Positions 37,697 to 47,227 of a DNA stretch of 64,000 bases are shown piece by piece. The stretch lies in assembly GCF_044647545.1 (NCBI RefSeq), contig NZ_CP172818.1. One strand, written 5' to 3'. Position numbers and translations under genes: made by a program. Source of the DNA: Escherichia coli (GTDB lineage: Bacteria; Pseudomonadota; Gammaproteobacteria; Enterobacterales; Enterobacteriaceae). The stretch's first letter is position 1. Every line of letters starts with the position of its first letter. Below the pieces are notes generated by a model. That model saw only the letters and a list, made by a program, of their open reading frames with translations, made no database searches and was not told where the DNA came from.

Positions 37697-38770
37697 ATGA
37701 CAATCAGGAGTTACAAAAACTTAAATCTGGTCAGGGCAAATATCGAGACTGAATCCAGACAATTCATTGAAAATAAAAACTATTCAATCCAATCAATTGG
37801 TCCTATGCCAGGGTCAAGGGCTGGGCTTCGGGTCGTATTTACCAGACCAGGGGTTAACTTGGCAACTGTGGACATTTTTTATAACGGGGACGGTTCGACT
37901 ACAATTCAATATCTCACTGGAGCCAATCGTTCTCTGGGCCAAGAGTTAGCGGATCATCTTTTTGAAACCATCAATCCTGCTGAATTTGAGCAGGTAAATA
38001 TGGTACTGCAAGGATTTGTAGAGACAAGCGTTCTACCTGTACTTGAGCTATCAGCAGATGAATCGCATATAGAGTTCAGAGAACACTCTCGTAACGCTCA
38101 TACCGTAGTGTGGAAAATTATTTCCACCAGCTATCAGGACGAATTGACTGTGAGCCTGCATATCACAACAGGTAAGCTCCAGATTCAGGGCCGACCGCTG
38201 TCATGTTACAGAGTTTTCACGTTTAACTTGGCAGCCCTGCTTGATTTACAGGGTTTGGAGAAAGTGCTAATCCGCCAGGAGGATGGTAAAGCTAATATTG
38301 TTCAACAGGAGGTTGCCCGCACTTACTTGCAGACTGTAATGGCCGATGCTTACCCGCATCTCCACGTGACTGCCGAAAAATTGCTCGTTTCAGGGCTATG
38401 TGTTAAACTCGCCGCCCCTGATTTGCCTGACTACTGTATGTTACTTTATCCTGAACTACGCACCATTGAAGGTGTCTTAAAAAGTAAGATGAGTGGGTTA
38501 GGCATGCCAGTACAGCAGCCGGCAGGTTTTGGAACTTACTTTGATAAACCTGCTGCTCATTACATTCTGAAACCGCAATTTGCAGCTACTCTTAGACCGG
38601 AACAGATTAACATCATCAGCACAGCCTATACTTTTTTTAATGTGGAACGTCATTCTCTGTTCCACATGGAAACTGTGGTCGATGCCAGCCGTATGATTTC
38701 TGATATGGCCCGGTTGATGGGTAAAGCCACTAGAGCGTGGGGAATAATCAAGGACTTATATATTGTTTGA
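37697..38770 (+). CDS. rnlA: RnlA toxin (RNase LS endoribonuclease), 357 aa
   Basis: ORF track; translation MTIRSYKNLNLVRANIETESRQFIENKNY... recognised as RnlA. Confidence 0.92.
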   Translation: MTIRSYKNLNLVRANIETESRQFIENKNYSIQSIGPMPGSRAGLRVVFTRPGVNLATVDIFYNGDGSTTIQYLTGANRSLGQELADHLFETINPAEFEQVNMVLQGFVETSVLPVLELSADESHIEFREHSRNAHTVVWKIISTSYQDELTVSLHITTGKLQIQGRPLSCYRVFTFNLAALLDLQGLEKVLIRQEDGKANIVQQEVARTYLQTVMADAYPHLHVTAEKLLVSGLCVKLAAPDLPDYCMLLYPELRTIEGVLKSKMSGLGMPVQQPAGFGTYFDKPAAHYILKPQFAATLRPEQINIISTAYTFFNVERHSLFHMETVVDASRMISDMARLMGKATRAWGIIKDLYIV

Positions 38771-39134
38771 AATCACCGGAATTAACGTCTCAGGGGCTCT
38801 AAAAGCTGTCGTTATGGCGACCGGCTTCGAGAACCCTTTGTCCTCAGTTAATGAAATTGAGACGAAACTTTCTGCCCTACTGGGTAGTGAGACCACTGGT
38901 GAAATCCTTTTTGACCTCTTGTGCGCTAACGGTCCAGAGTGGAACCGCTTCGTTACGCTGGAAATGAAATATGGCCGGATCATGCTGGATACGGCCAAAA
39001 TTATTGATGAGCAGGACGTTCCGACACATATCCTGAGCAAACTGACTTTTACTTTACGTAATCATCCTGAGTACCTAGAAGCCTCTGTTTTGTCTCCCGA
39101 TGATGTACGCCAAGTCCTGTCAATGGATTTTTGA
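38763..39134 (+). CDS. rnlB: RnlB antitoxin, 123 aa
   Basis: ORF track (TTG start overlapping rnlA 3' end by 8 nt); translation (M)FEITGINVSGALKAVVMATGFENPL... Confidence 0.88.
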   Translation: MFEITGINVSGALKAVVMATGFENPLSSVNEIETKLSALLGSETTGEILFDLLCANGPEWNRFVTLEMKYGRIMLDTAKIIDEQDVPTHILSKLTFTLRNHPEYLEASVLSPDDVRQVLSMDF

Positions 39135-39488
39135 AACTCTTCTTTCTAAACGAACCAGTATAGAATTCGCCCTTTTGGCATGATATTAACTTGTCCAATA
39201 TGATCAAATAGCATTAACCCCCCCTCACAACGTCCTGCATAGGGAACACGTTTTCCCCTGTGCACCCACGACTAAATTTCCCCCCCTTTAAACTTCTCAA
39301 TAATGTCACCAATTTTCTGGAAATCCTATGATGCCTTTCCCGGTAAATGGTGCTGTGAGTTCAGAAAGATTCTGCAATCTATGTGCATTGAAAAAATCTT
39401 CAGATAGATATCATTCTCCTGAACAATCCGATGAACGGCAGAACCTCGCGGTTCTGCCGTTTTTGTTTTACTTTTCAGAGGAGTGGTG

Positions 39489-40352
39489 ATGAAAAATTTT
39501 GAAGTTCTGCAGCCACTACAGAACTCCCTTTCCGGTCTACCGCTATGGGTATCTGAACGTATATTGCAGCAGATAAATCAGTTAACCCACTACGAGCCAG
39601 TGATCGGCATCATGGGTAAAACTGGGGCGGGAAAGAGTAGCCTTTGCAATGCCCTGTTTGCCGGTGAAGTATCGCCGGTCAGCGATGTAGCGGCCTGTAC
39701 ACGTGATCCTTTACGCTTTCGCCTGCAGATTGGAGAACACTTTATGACCATCGTGGATCTGCCCGGCGTGGGCGAAAGTGGCGTTCGCGATACCGAGTAT
39801 GCTGCGCTGTACCGCGAACAACTTCCCCGGCTCGACCTGATTCTGTGGCTGATTAAGGCTGATGATCGGGCACTGGCGACTGATGAGCATTTTTACCGTC
39901 AGGTGATTGGCGAAGCATACCGGCATAAGATGCTGTTTGTTATCAGCCAGTCAGACAAAGCTGAACCCACCAGCGGTGGAAATATCCTTTCCACAGAGCA
40001 GAAACAAAATATCAGCCGCAAAATCTGCCTGCTGCATGAGCTATTCCAGCCCGTGCATCCGGTGTGTGCCGTGTCGGTTCGCCTGCAGTGGGGACTAAGG
40101 GTGATGGCAGAGCGGATGATTAAGTGTCTGCCGCGTGAGGCCAGCAGCCCGGTAGTAGCGCTACTGCAACATCCCTTTCGAACAACGGTAGCCCGGGAGC
40201 AGGCACGTGACGATTTCGGTGAAACCGTAGGTGCCATACTCGATACGGTAAGCACCTTTCCCCTTATTCCCGCCCCGGTGCGGACCATTATTCAGGCCGT
40301 GCGTTCCTCGGTGGTGTCAGTGGCCCGCGCTGTCTGGGATTTCTTCTTCTGA
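39489..40352 (+). CDS. yfjP: YfjP, prophage P-loop GTPase (YeeP/YkfA family), 287 aa
   Basis: ORF 39483-40352; ATG at 39489 five nt after GAGGAG; G1 motif GKTGAGKSS, DLPG G3 motif. Confidence 0.88.
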   Translation: MKNFEVLQPLQNSLSGLPLWVSERILQQINQLTHYEPVIGIMGKTGAGKSSLCNALFAGEVSPVSDVAACTRDPLRFRLQIGEHFMTIVDLPGVGESGVRDTEYAALYREQLPRLDLILWLIKADDRALATDEHFYRQVIGEAYRHKMLFVISQSDKAEPTSGGNILSTEQKQNISRKICLLHELFQPVHPVCAVSVRLQWGLRVMAERMIKCLPREASSPVVALLQHPFRTTVAREQARDDFGETVGAILDTVSTFPLIPAPVRTIIQAVRSSVVSVARAVWDFFF

Positions 40353-40380
40353 GTGTTTAATTCTGCCCTATTATTCTCCG

Positions 40381-40412
40381 AGCCCTGTCGCAAGTGCGGC
40401 AGGGCTTTCTTT
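40381..40412 (+). terminator. Rho-independent terminator after yfjP
   Basis: AGCCCTG-TCGCAAGTGCGG-CAGGGCT followed by TTCTTTATTT. Confidence 0.7.
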
Positions 40413-40443
40413 ATTTGTTTTACCCATACTGAGGAGTCTGCTT

Positions 40444-41263
40444 ATGACCCGTCTGGCTTCGCGCTTTGGCGCTGCAAACCAGATACGCCGTGACCGTCCG
40501 CTGACACATGAAGAACTGATACGCCATGTACCCAGTATTTTTGGGGAAGACCGGCACATCCCGCAGTGAACGGTATGCGTACATTCCCACCATTACCGTC
40601 CTGGAAAATCTGCAGCGGGAAGGCTTTCAGCCGTTCTTCGCCTGCCAGACCCGTGTGCGCGACCCGGGCCGCCGGGGATACACAAAACACATGCTGCGTC
40701 TGCGGCGGGCCGGAGAGATAAACGGAGAACATGTCCCTGAAATTATTCTGCTCAACTCTCATGACGGTACCTCCAGCTACCAGATGCTGCCGGGTTACTT
40801 CAGGTTCGTCTGCCAGAACGGGTGCGTCTGTGGCCAGTCTCTGGGGGAAGTGCGTGTTCCACACCGGGGAAATGTAGTGGAGAAAGTTATCGAAGGGGCT
40901 TACGAGGTGGTGGGCGTGTTTGACCGGATAGAGGAGAAGCGTGATGCCATGCAGTCGCTGGTCCTGCCGCCACCGGCACGCCAGGCGCTGGCACAGGCGG
41001 CACTGACTTACCGTTATGGTGACGAACATCAGCCCGTCACCACCGCCGACATTCTGACGCCGCGACGCCGGGAGGATTACGGTAAGGACCTGTGGAGCGC
41101 ATATCAGACCATCCAGGAGAATATGCTGAAAGGCGGGATTTCCGGTCGCAGTGCCAGAGGAAAACGTATCCATACCCGGGCCATTCACAGCATTGATACC
41201 GACATTAAGCTCAATCGCGCATTGTGGGTGATGGCAGAAACACTGCTCACGCAACTGCAGTAG
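40444..41263 (+). pseudogene. yfjQ: yfjQ (DUF932 family), apparently disrupted: 41-codon N-terminal frame ends at 40567, remaining 245 codons are in the +1 frame from 40526
   Basis: ATG 40444 with GAGGAG RBS encodes MTRLASRFGAANQIRRDRPLTHEELIRHVPSIFGEDRHIPQ-stop; the long ORF 40526-41263 is in a different frame; the total span (820 nt) is not a multiple of 3. Confidence 0.6.
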
Positions 41264-41479
41264 ACGTTTCATGTTGCCACGTTGTTAATATCGGACACCA
41301 CCTGTCCGCATCGCTATGTGCTCGTGTGCCTCAATCCCCCGGTTATAGCTTTTAACCCCCGTTACATCTGGCTTTTGCAGAAATAAAAAATAGTTTCTGC
41401 GTTGTCCATACCCTGTCCGCCCCCCTCTTTAAAGTAATCACATCATTTTCAGTCAGTTAACTTTCCTGGAGAATCTCTC

Positions 41480-42181
41480 ATGACACAGGCAGAACGCCGC
41501 CATGACCGGCTGGCTGTCAGGCTGTCACTGATAATCAGCCGTCTGGTTGCGGGTGAAACGTTGAGCGTGCGCAAACTGGCGGCTGAGTTTGGCGTGTCAG
41601 TGCGCACGCTGCGGCGTGATTTTCGTGAACGACTGATGTATCTGGACCTGGAGTATCAGTCCGGATACTGCCGCTTACGCACTGCTGGCAGTGAGATGCA
41701 GATGGTGCCCGACGTGCTTATCTTTGCCCACCGCAGCGGGCTGGCCGGGCTTTTTCCCGGCCTTGACCGCCGTCTGGTGAATGCACTGCTGATGTGCGAT
41801 GAGTCTCCCTGCGTGATAGCACCAGCCAATCCGGTTCCTTCGCCTTCAGGAGCATTGTCTTTCTGGAGACTGATTCAGGCCATTACCGGGCGCAGGCGGG
41901 TGACGCTGATTGCAGAGGGGCGACGCTGTGAGCGCCTAGCTCCCTGCCGGTTACTCATCCACCAGCAGACCTGGTATCTGGTGGCTGAACACGAAGGGCA
42001 TATCGCCGTATTCACACTTGATGAAATCCATCTGATTCAGCCTTTGCAGGAGACTTTTCGCCGCAATGACAGTCTGTGTCGCCTGGTTGAAGACCCGGTC
42101 TTCATTCAGGCCTTACCCCATTTTCGCTTTATCCAGCATTCACTGCTTACGTTTGTTCCGGCCGACAGCCCACCGGAATAG
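41480..42181 (+). CDS. yfjR: YfjR, putative transcriptional regulator with N-terminal HTH (DeoR-like), 233 aa
   Basis: ORF track; translation [48 protein letters not shown]... Confidence 0.85.
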
Positions 42182-42221
42182 CGCAGGCGTTGTTATCAAC
42201 CCGGCAACATGGAGGAGCCCA

Positions 42222-42458
42222 GTGCCCGTTATTGCCATTATCGCCATTGTTATCATCGTCATCATTCTGAACAAAACCGGAGTGTCCGACAGCCTCACGG
42301 CCCTGACACTTGCAACCGTTGCCGCACTACTGACGGGAGGTGGTGCAGCCGGTGCTGCCAGTGTCGCGCTGACGCCGTTCGTCGGCGTGCCGGTGGGTAT
42401 TTTTGTGGGAATTTATGTCTTTGCCAAAGTGGTTCGTCTGATTTCAGGGAAAAAATAA
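42222..42458 (+). CDS. ypjK: YpjK, small hydrophobic membrane protein (about 78 aa)
   Basis: GTG at 42222 six nt after GGAGG; translation VPVIAIIAIVIIVIILNK...; stop overlaps yfjS ATG by 1 nt. Confidence 0.65.
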   Translation: MPVIAIIAIVIIVIILNKTGVSDSLTALTLATVAALLTGGGAAGAASVALTPFVGVPVGIFVGIYVFAKVVRLISGKK

Positions 42459-42901
42459 TGAAACGTAAAACACTACCTCTGCTGGCGCTGGTTGCCACCT
42501 CTCTGTTTCTGAGCGCCTGCGATGACAGGAGTGATGACCTCAAAGCTATCAGTAAATTTAAGGACCTCACGCCCCCGCGCTTCAGCGATGTGGTCAGCCG
42601 TCAGGATGATGTCAGCGAAGAATGGTCACAGGTTGGCTTCTCATCCGGTCTCACCCTGCAGGTCTTACGTACCCGTGAGTCGCCCGATGGTTGCGAGGGT
42701 GGCAGTTACTACTATCTGGTAGATATGGAGGAGAAAACCGTCCAGCCGCTGATGAATGCGCTTTGTATTGCCGACAATATCAAACTGGAATACCACGAAG
42801 TTACGGACCCGTATACGAAAGAAAAATACTTCGAATATTCCCATGACGGCAAACTGATGGGACGGCTGCTGATACCGTCAAACCCTGATAACCGGGAATA
42901 A
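42458..42901 (+). CDS. yfjS: Lipoprotein YfjS, 147 aa
   Basis: In-frame Met within ORF 42209-42901; signal peptide MKRKTLPLLALVATSLFLSAC with lipobox. Confidence 0.8.
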   Translation: MKRKTLPLLALVATSLFLSACDDRSDDLKAISKFKDLTPPRFSDVVSRQDDVSEEWSQVGFSSGLTLQVLRTRESPDGCEGGSYYYLVDMEEKTVQPLMNALCIADNIKLEYHEVTDPYTKEKYFEYSHDGKLMGRLLIPSNPDNRE

Positions 42902-42924
42902 AAACAACGAGAAAGGAGACATAA

Positions 42925-43392
42925 ATGAAAATACGTTCACTAAGCCGGTTTGTACTGGCAAGTACAATGTTCGCCAGCTTTACAGCCTCTGCGGTCCCCG
43001 GACTCTGGCAACAGGGGTACGGTCAGGGCAATGCGGAATACAGTGTGACGGATGCCAGCGGAAAGATGTTTACCATCAACTGCACGGGAAATCCGGACCA
43101 GAACGGTATTTACCAGCACTCGGTTTTTCTGATCCTCGCCGGGGATAAAACGGTCAGCTCGCATGATGACAGTACCGGCATCACAGTGGTGATGGACCAT
43201 AAGCAATATGCCATTCCCTCAACCCTTGGCTGGCGTAACGGAGATAATGCCTGGTTCAGCTTCATCATGGATATCCGTAAGGCCCGGCAGTTCGACGTCT
43301 ACGTCAATGACCAGAAAGTTGGATCGTTTAACCCTGATGTTCGGAATGCACAAAAGGTCCTGCCAACATTAGCGGACTGCACTAACGACTGA
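42925..43392 (+). CDS. yfjT: Secreted protein YfjT, 155 aa
   Basis: ORF track; cleavable signal peptide MKIRSLSRFVLASTMFASFTASA; AGGAGA RBS. Confidence 0.8.
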   Translation: MKIRSLSRFVLASTMFASFTASAVPGLWQQGYGQGNAEYSVTDASGKMFTINCTGNPDQNGIYQHSVFLILAGDKTVSSHDDSTGITVVMDHKQYAIPSTLGWRNGDNAWFSFIMDIRKARQFDVYVNDQKVGSFNPDVRNAQKVLPTLADCTND

Positions 43393-43784
43393 CGGCTGCG
43401 CCTTCCCTACCATAACAACCCTGATTGCCTCCGGCGGTCGGGGGTTTCTTTTTTCTCCTTAATCTCCAGAGGTAGGCCACGTACTTTCGAACGATGAGCG
43501 CAGTGGTCAGTTTTTTTCAGATATATTTATCTTTTTTTGGCTGTAAGCTCCGCTGTGAGCGCAGGCTGTGTGAAAACTCCTGATCACTTCTTGGTCTAAG
43601 CGATGGTTTCATATGATCAACCATTCTTGATAAACCCATGCGACGAACTGACTTTTTCATTAAAATTAGAAATATACGAATGAATACTGCGGATACCGAC
43701 ATGGCCAATCACATTCAAGGACAAGGCAGGCACCAGGTGACATTACTCCCTGATGCACTGGATGATTTTGTCACTGAAGATAAC

Positions 43785-43931
43785 TTAAGTAAGTTTAATC
43801 AGTTCATCACGGGTCGGTGGCATATCGAGATAATTAATTATTGTCGGTTCGTTGCCGTTGTTATGAAGCATCTCCAGCGTGTTGCGTGAGGTGCCACAGG
43901 CCGGGTTGTGATAGATGGTAATGTTGCTCAT
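43785..43931 (-). pseudogene. yfjU: Arsenate reductase ArsC N-terminal fragment (48 codons)
   Basis: Minus-strand translation MSNITIYHNPACGTSRNTLEMLHNNGNEPTIINYLDMPPTRDELIKLT-stop, the ArsC N-terminus with the catalytic Cys, truncated. Confidence 0.8.
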
Positions 43932-43943
43932 ATCAGTATCTAA

Positions 43944-44935
43944 TTACAAAGTGACAGAGAGCCGCCACGCCAGCGCGGCCAGAGTGACAAACAGCACCGG
44001 CACAGTCATGACAATGCCGGTACGGAAGTAATATCCCCAAGTGATTGTCATATTTTTCTGGGCAAGCACATGCAGCCACAGCAGAGTTGCCAGACTGCCA
44101 ATCGGGGTGATTTTCGGGCCTAAATCACAGCCAATCACATTGGCATAAATCATTGCCTCTTTGACGACGCCAGTCGCCGTACTCCCGTCAATCGACAGCG
44201 CACCAATCAGCACCGTCGGCATATTGTTCATCACTGATGAGAGAAATGCCGTCAAGAAGCCGGTGCCGAACGTCGCTGCCCATAACCCCTTGTCTGCCAG
44301 CAGATTCAGCACGCCAGACAGGTACTCCGTGAACCCTGCATTGCGCAGGCCATAGACCACGATGTACATGCCCAGTGAGAAAATAACGATCTGCCATGGC
44401 GCACCGCGCAGGACTTTTCCGGTGTTGATCGAATGACCTCTTTTCGCCACCACAAACAGCACTGCTGCGCCAGCGGCCGCTATCGCACTGACCAGGATTC
44501 CCTGCGGCTCCAGAAAGAAGAAACCGACAAGCAGCAATAACAGGACAATCCAGCCCGCCCTGAAGGTTGCCAGATCCTTGATCGCACTGGCAGGCGTCTT
44601 CAGCAGCGAAACTTAATACGTTGCCGGAATAACTCTGCGAAAGAAGAGATACAGCATAATCAGCGTGGCCGCAATCGCTGCCGCATCCACGGAGATCATA
44701 ACGGAGGCGTACTGCGCAAAGCTCAGACCGAAGAAGTCCGCCGAGACGATATTCACCAGGTTAGAAACAATGAGCGGCAGGCTGGCCGTATCTGCAATAA
44801 ATCCTGCAGCCATGACAAAGGCCAGTGTCGTGCCCTGGCTGAACCCAGTGCGATCAGCATCGCAATCACAATCGGCGTCAGGATCAGCGCGGCGCCGTCA
44901 TTGGCAAACAACGCATCAACAGCGGCACCGAGCAA
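43944..44935 (-). pseudogene. yfjV: Arsenite efflux pump ArsB remnant, frameshifted and 5'-truncated
   Basis: ORF 43944-44537 encodes an ArsB-like C-terminal membrane region; ORFs 44613-44813 and 44753-44935 in other frames carry ArsB-like N-terminal segments. Confidence 0.75.
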
Positions 44936-45094
44936 GACTTTCCAGGTGAACAGCGCTCTAGGTAGGAACTTTGTCGTTGATAGAGTCTTCAGCCATCAAC
45001 ACTGTATCGAGTAATGAAATTGGTTGCTAGAAAGTCGATGATTTGTTGCGTATGATTAAAAATCAACCTTAAAGGCTTTATACATGGATTTGCT

Positions 45095-46798
45095 ATGGCT
45101 TTTGTATCAGAAAGAGAAATTGTAAGAAAGATATTTAGCAAAAAAATTGACTTTACGATCTTGGCATTTTTCTATATTTCCTCTATTTTTTTTCTTCTTT
45201 GTAGTGGCGTTCTCTTTCAATATTTTACCGCTGCCTTCACAAAAGGTAATTGTTATGAATGCTCAATGAAACTTGATTACATAAAACAATTTTATTTTTC
45301 ACTGGAAACCGCATGGTACCTCATATCTGCTGTTGCAGTATTTATTGCATCTGTTTTTATACAGCATAGAATTAAAGCTTATTTAACATTATTAGCTATT
45401 ACATGGATTGTACTAACAATAACAGATGTGGCGTTAATACACGCCTTAGACAATATAGCCATGAATAATATTTTGTTAAATATACTATATAATCTTTTTG
45501 GGGCGATTTTATTGTCACTGTTTATGTGTTTATCAAATTCCCTCCTTTTCCACCTTAATAAGATAAAACATATTCCAATGATTTTATCGGCAATGATTCC
45601 ATTAGTTTCCGCAATAATAATAGCCATACTCATAACCGCTGTTATATATTTATTGTTTGCCCGGCAGGCGGTAGAGATTGAGATGGATATATCTGAAGGT
45701 TCAGACATCGCATATGTAGGTGTAAAAGATAATGAGGAATCATTTGGGTTTTTAAATGATAAAAAAACAGACACACCAACGTATCTGGATGTAATCAAAA
45801 ATGGTAGTTTGATATATAATGATACACAGGGTTTAAGTGGTGCTGATATTTATATTGTCTCCGGTTGTTATGCCCTTCCAGATTTACTTCGCAATGTACC
45901 GCTTGATGCTAAAAAATCTTTTCTGAATGTAAAAAAGCTAGAAATCACACAGAAACTTCCAATGATGGGGTTCATACAAGGTGAATCCGCTGATGTGATG
46001 CCTAAAGCAGCATCCAGGTTAAGTTTGAGCAAGCAAGATGATAAATTTATGCTAGCCTCAAGTGTTACTGACTCTCAAATAAAATTTAAATCAAACAATG
46101 CACAATTGATGGTTGCTTTCGCATTTATGCCAATAACAACGAATGGTATTTTACATGATTATACATACGATATAATAATAAATGATAAAAAATATAAAAT
46201 TGAAAATCATGTTGCACCTCTATCTAGGCTTGATAAAAATAAGAAGATGAAGTGTGAATACCAGCAAATATCGGATTTAACAAATACGTATAACATTAAT
46301 GCAAATTACTTAACGGGTTTTTTACTTGTCCTAAAACCAGATGATATTATTAATTACAACAATAGCCCTTCCGTACTACTCAAGACTGATTTTGCGTTCT
46401 ATAAAAAAACATACCAGAAGCTTGATAAAATATATGATGACATAAGCAATGGAAAATTATCTTCACTGAGAGCAACAGGTATCTCCCAGTTTAGTATCAA
46501 CGGGAAACATTTGTCGTTAAGGCCAGAATCGGAGATTATTATTTCTGAAGGGAGTTTGTATGGACTAGTTAATAAAAGCAAAAAAATCAAAATATATGGC
46601 ACAGCAGATCTTGTTTTTGTTGATAACAAGATAATGAACCTTCGTAAAATAACTTATTTGCAATCTAAGCTAGAAATTTTTGGTTCTTCTATTATGGATA
46701 TATTAAAGTATATATTTGGTTTAGGTCTGCTAGCAATTTCTATAAAATTCATTCATTCTTACTTTAAGAATGATGTGAATGAAAATTTATTCTTGTAA
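45095..46798 (+). CDS. yfjW: YfjW, 567 aa, N-terminal polytopic membrane domain plus large C-terminal domain of unknown function; strongly AT-rich
   Basis: ORF track; about five hydrophobic helices in the first ~190 residues; A/T-rich codon usage unlike the core genome. Confidence 0.85.
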   Translation: MAFVSEREIVRKIFSKKIDFTILAFFYISSIFFLLCSGVLFQYFTAAFTKGNCYECSMKLDYIKQFYFSLETAWYLISAVAVFIASVFIQHRIKAYLTLLAITWIVLTITDVALIHALDNIAMNNILLNILYNLFGAILLSLFMCLSNSLLFHLNKIKHIPMILSAMIPLVSAIIIAILITAVIYLLFARQAVEIEMDISEGSDIAYVGVKDNEESFGFLNDKKTDTPTYLDVIKNGSLIYNDTQGLSGADIYIVSGCYALPDLLRNVPLDAKKSFLNVKKLEITQKLPMMGFIQGESADVMPKAASRLSLSKQDDKFMLASSVTDSQIKFKSNNAQLMVAFAFMPITTNGILHDYTYDIIINDKKYKIENHVAPLSRLDKNKKMKCEYQQISDLTNTYNINANYLTGFLLVLKPDDIINYNNSPSVLLKTDFAFYKKTYQKLDKIYDDISNGKLSSLRATGISQFSINGKHLSLRPESEIIISEGSLYGLVNKSKKIKIYGTADLVFVDNKIMNLRKITYLQSKLEIFGSSIMDILKYIFGLGLLAISIKFIHSYFKNDVNENLFL

Positions 46799-46805
46799 CG
46801 CATTT

Positions 46806-46826
46806 GGCTCCAATTGGAGCCTTTTT
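46806..46826 (+). terminator. Rho-independent terminator after yfjW
   Basis: GGCTCCAATTGGAGCC hairpin followed by TTTTT. Confidence 0.8.
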
Positions 46827-47227
46827 ATGACTATTTATTAAAATATCCTAAGTTAAGCCTGTTTTTAAAGCAGGCTTGAGCGTGAAGCGGACACTCATAC
46901 CTGCTTTAAAGTGGCGTTTTTGTCGTTACCCATACCTATATTTTCTGTTGTTTAACTGCCAGAACTGAGCGGTTGAAAAGCCAGAAATATGCCGAGCCAG
47001 CGGCATGGAAGCGCCAGCAGCTGTTGAATGGAGTACTGTAGGCAAATGGTGCCGTAACCGGCTTTCGTACTGAAAGGTTCTGTCTATCCCATCCCTTCTC
47101 TTGTATCTAACATTTAGTTGTGAATAGCTACTGTAAATGCCCCTACAAAATGAACCATTATTTTTAGAGGGCGTCTGGCACTCCAACTTCCGCTTTTGGC
47201 ACAGAACGGCCTATCAGCAATATAAAA

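Noticed and set aside
43393-43780. Possible mobile element or small gene between yfjT and the arsC fragment (including ORF 43517-43708)
   Set aside because: No terminal inverted repeats, transposase motifs or convincing RBS; most likely junction debris from the ars insertion/deletion.
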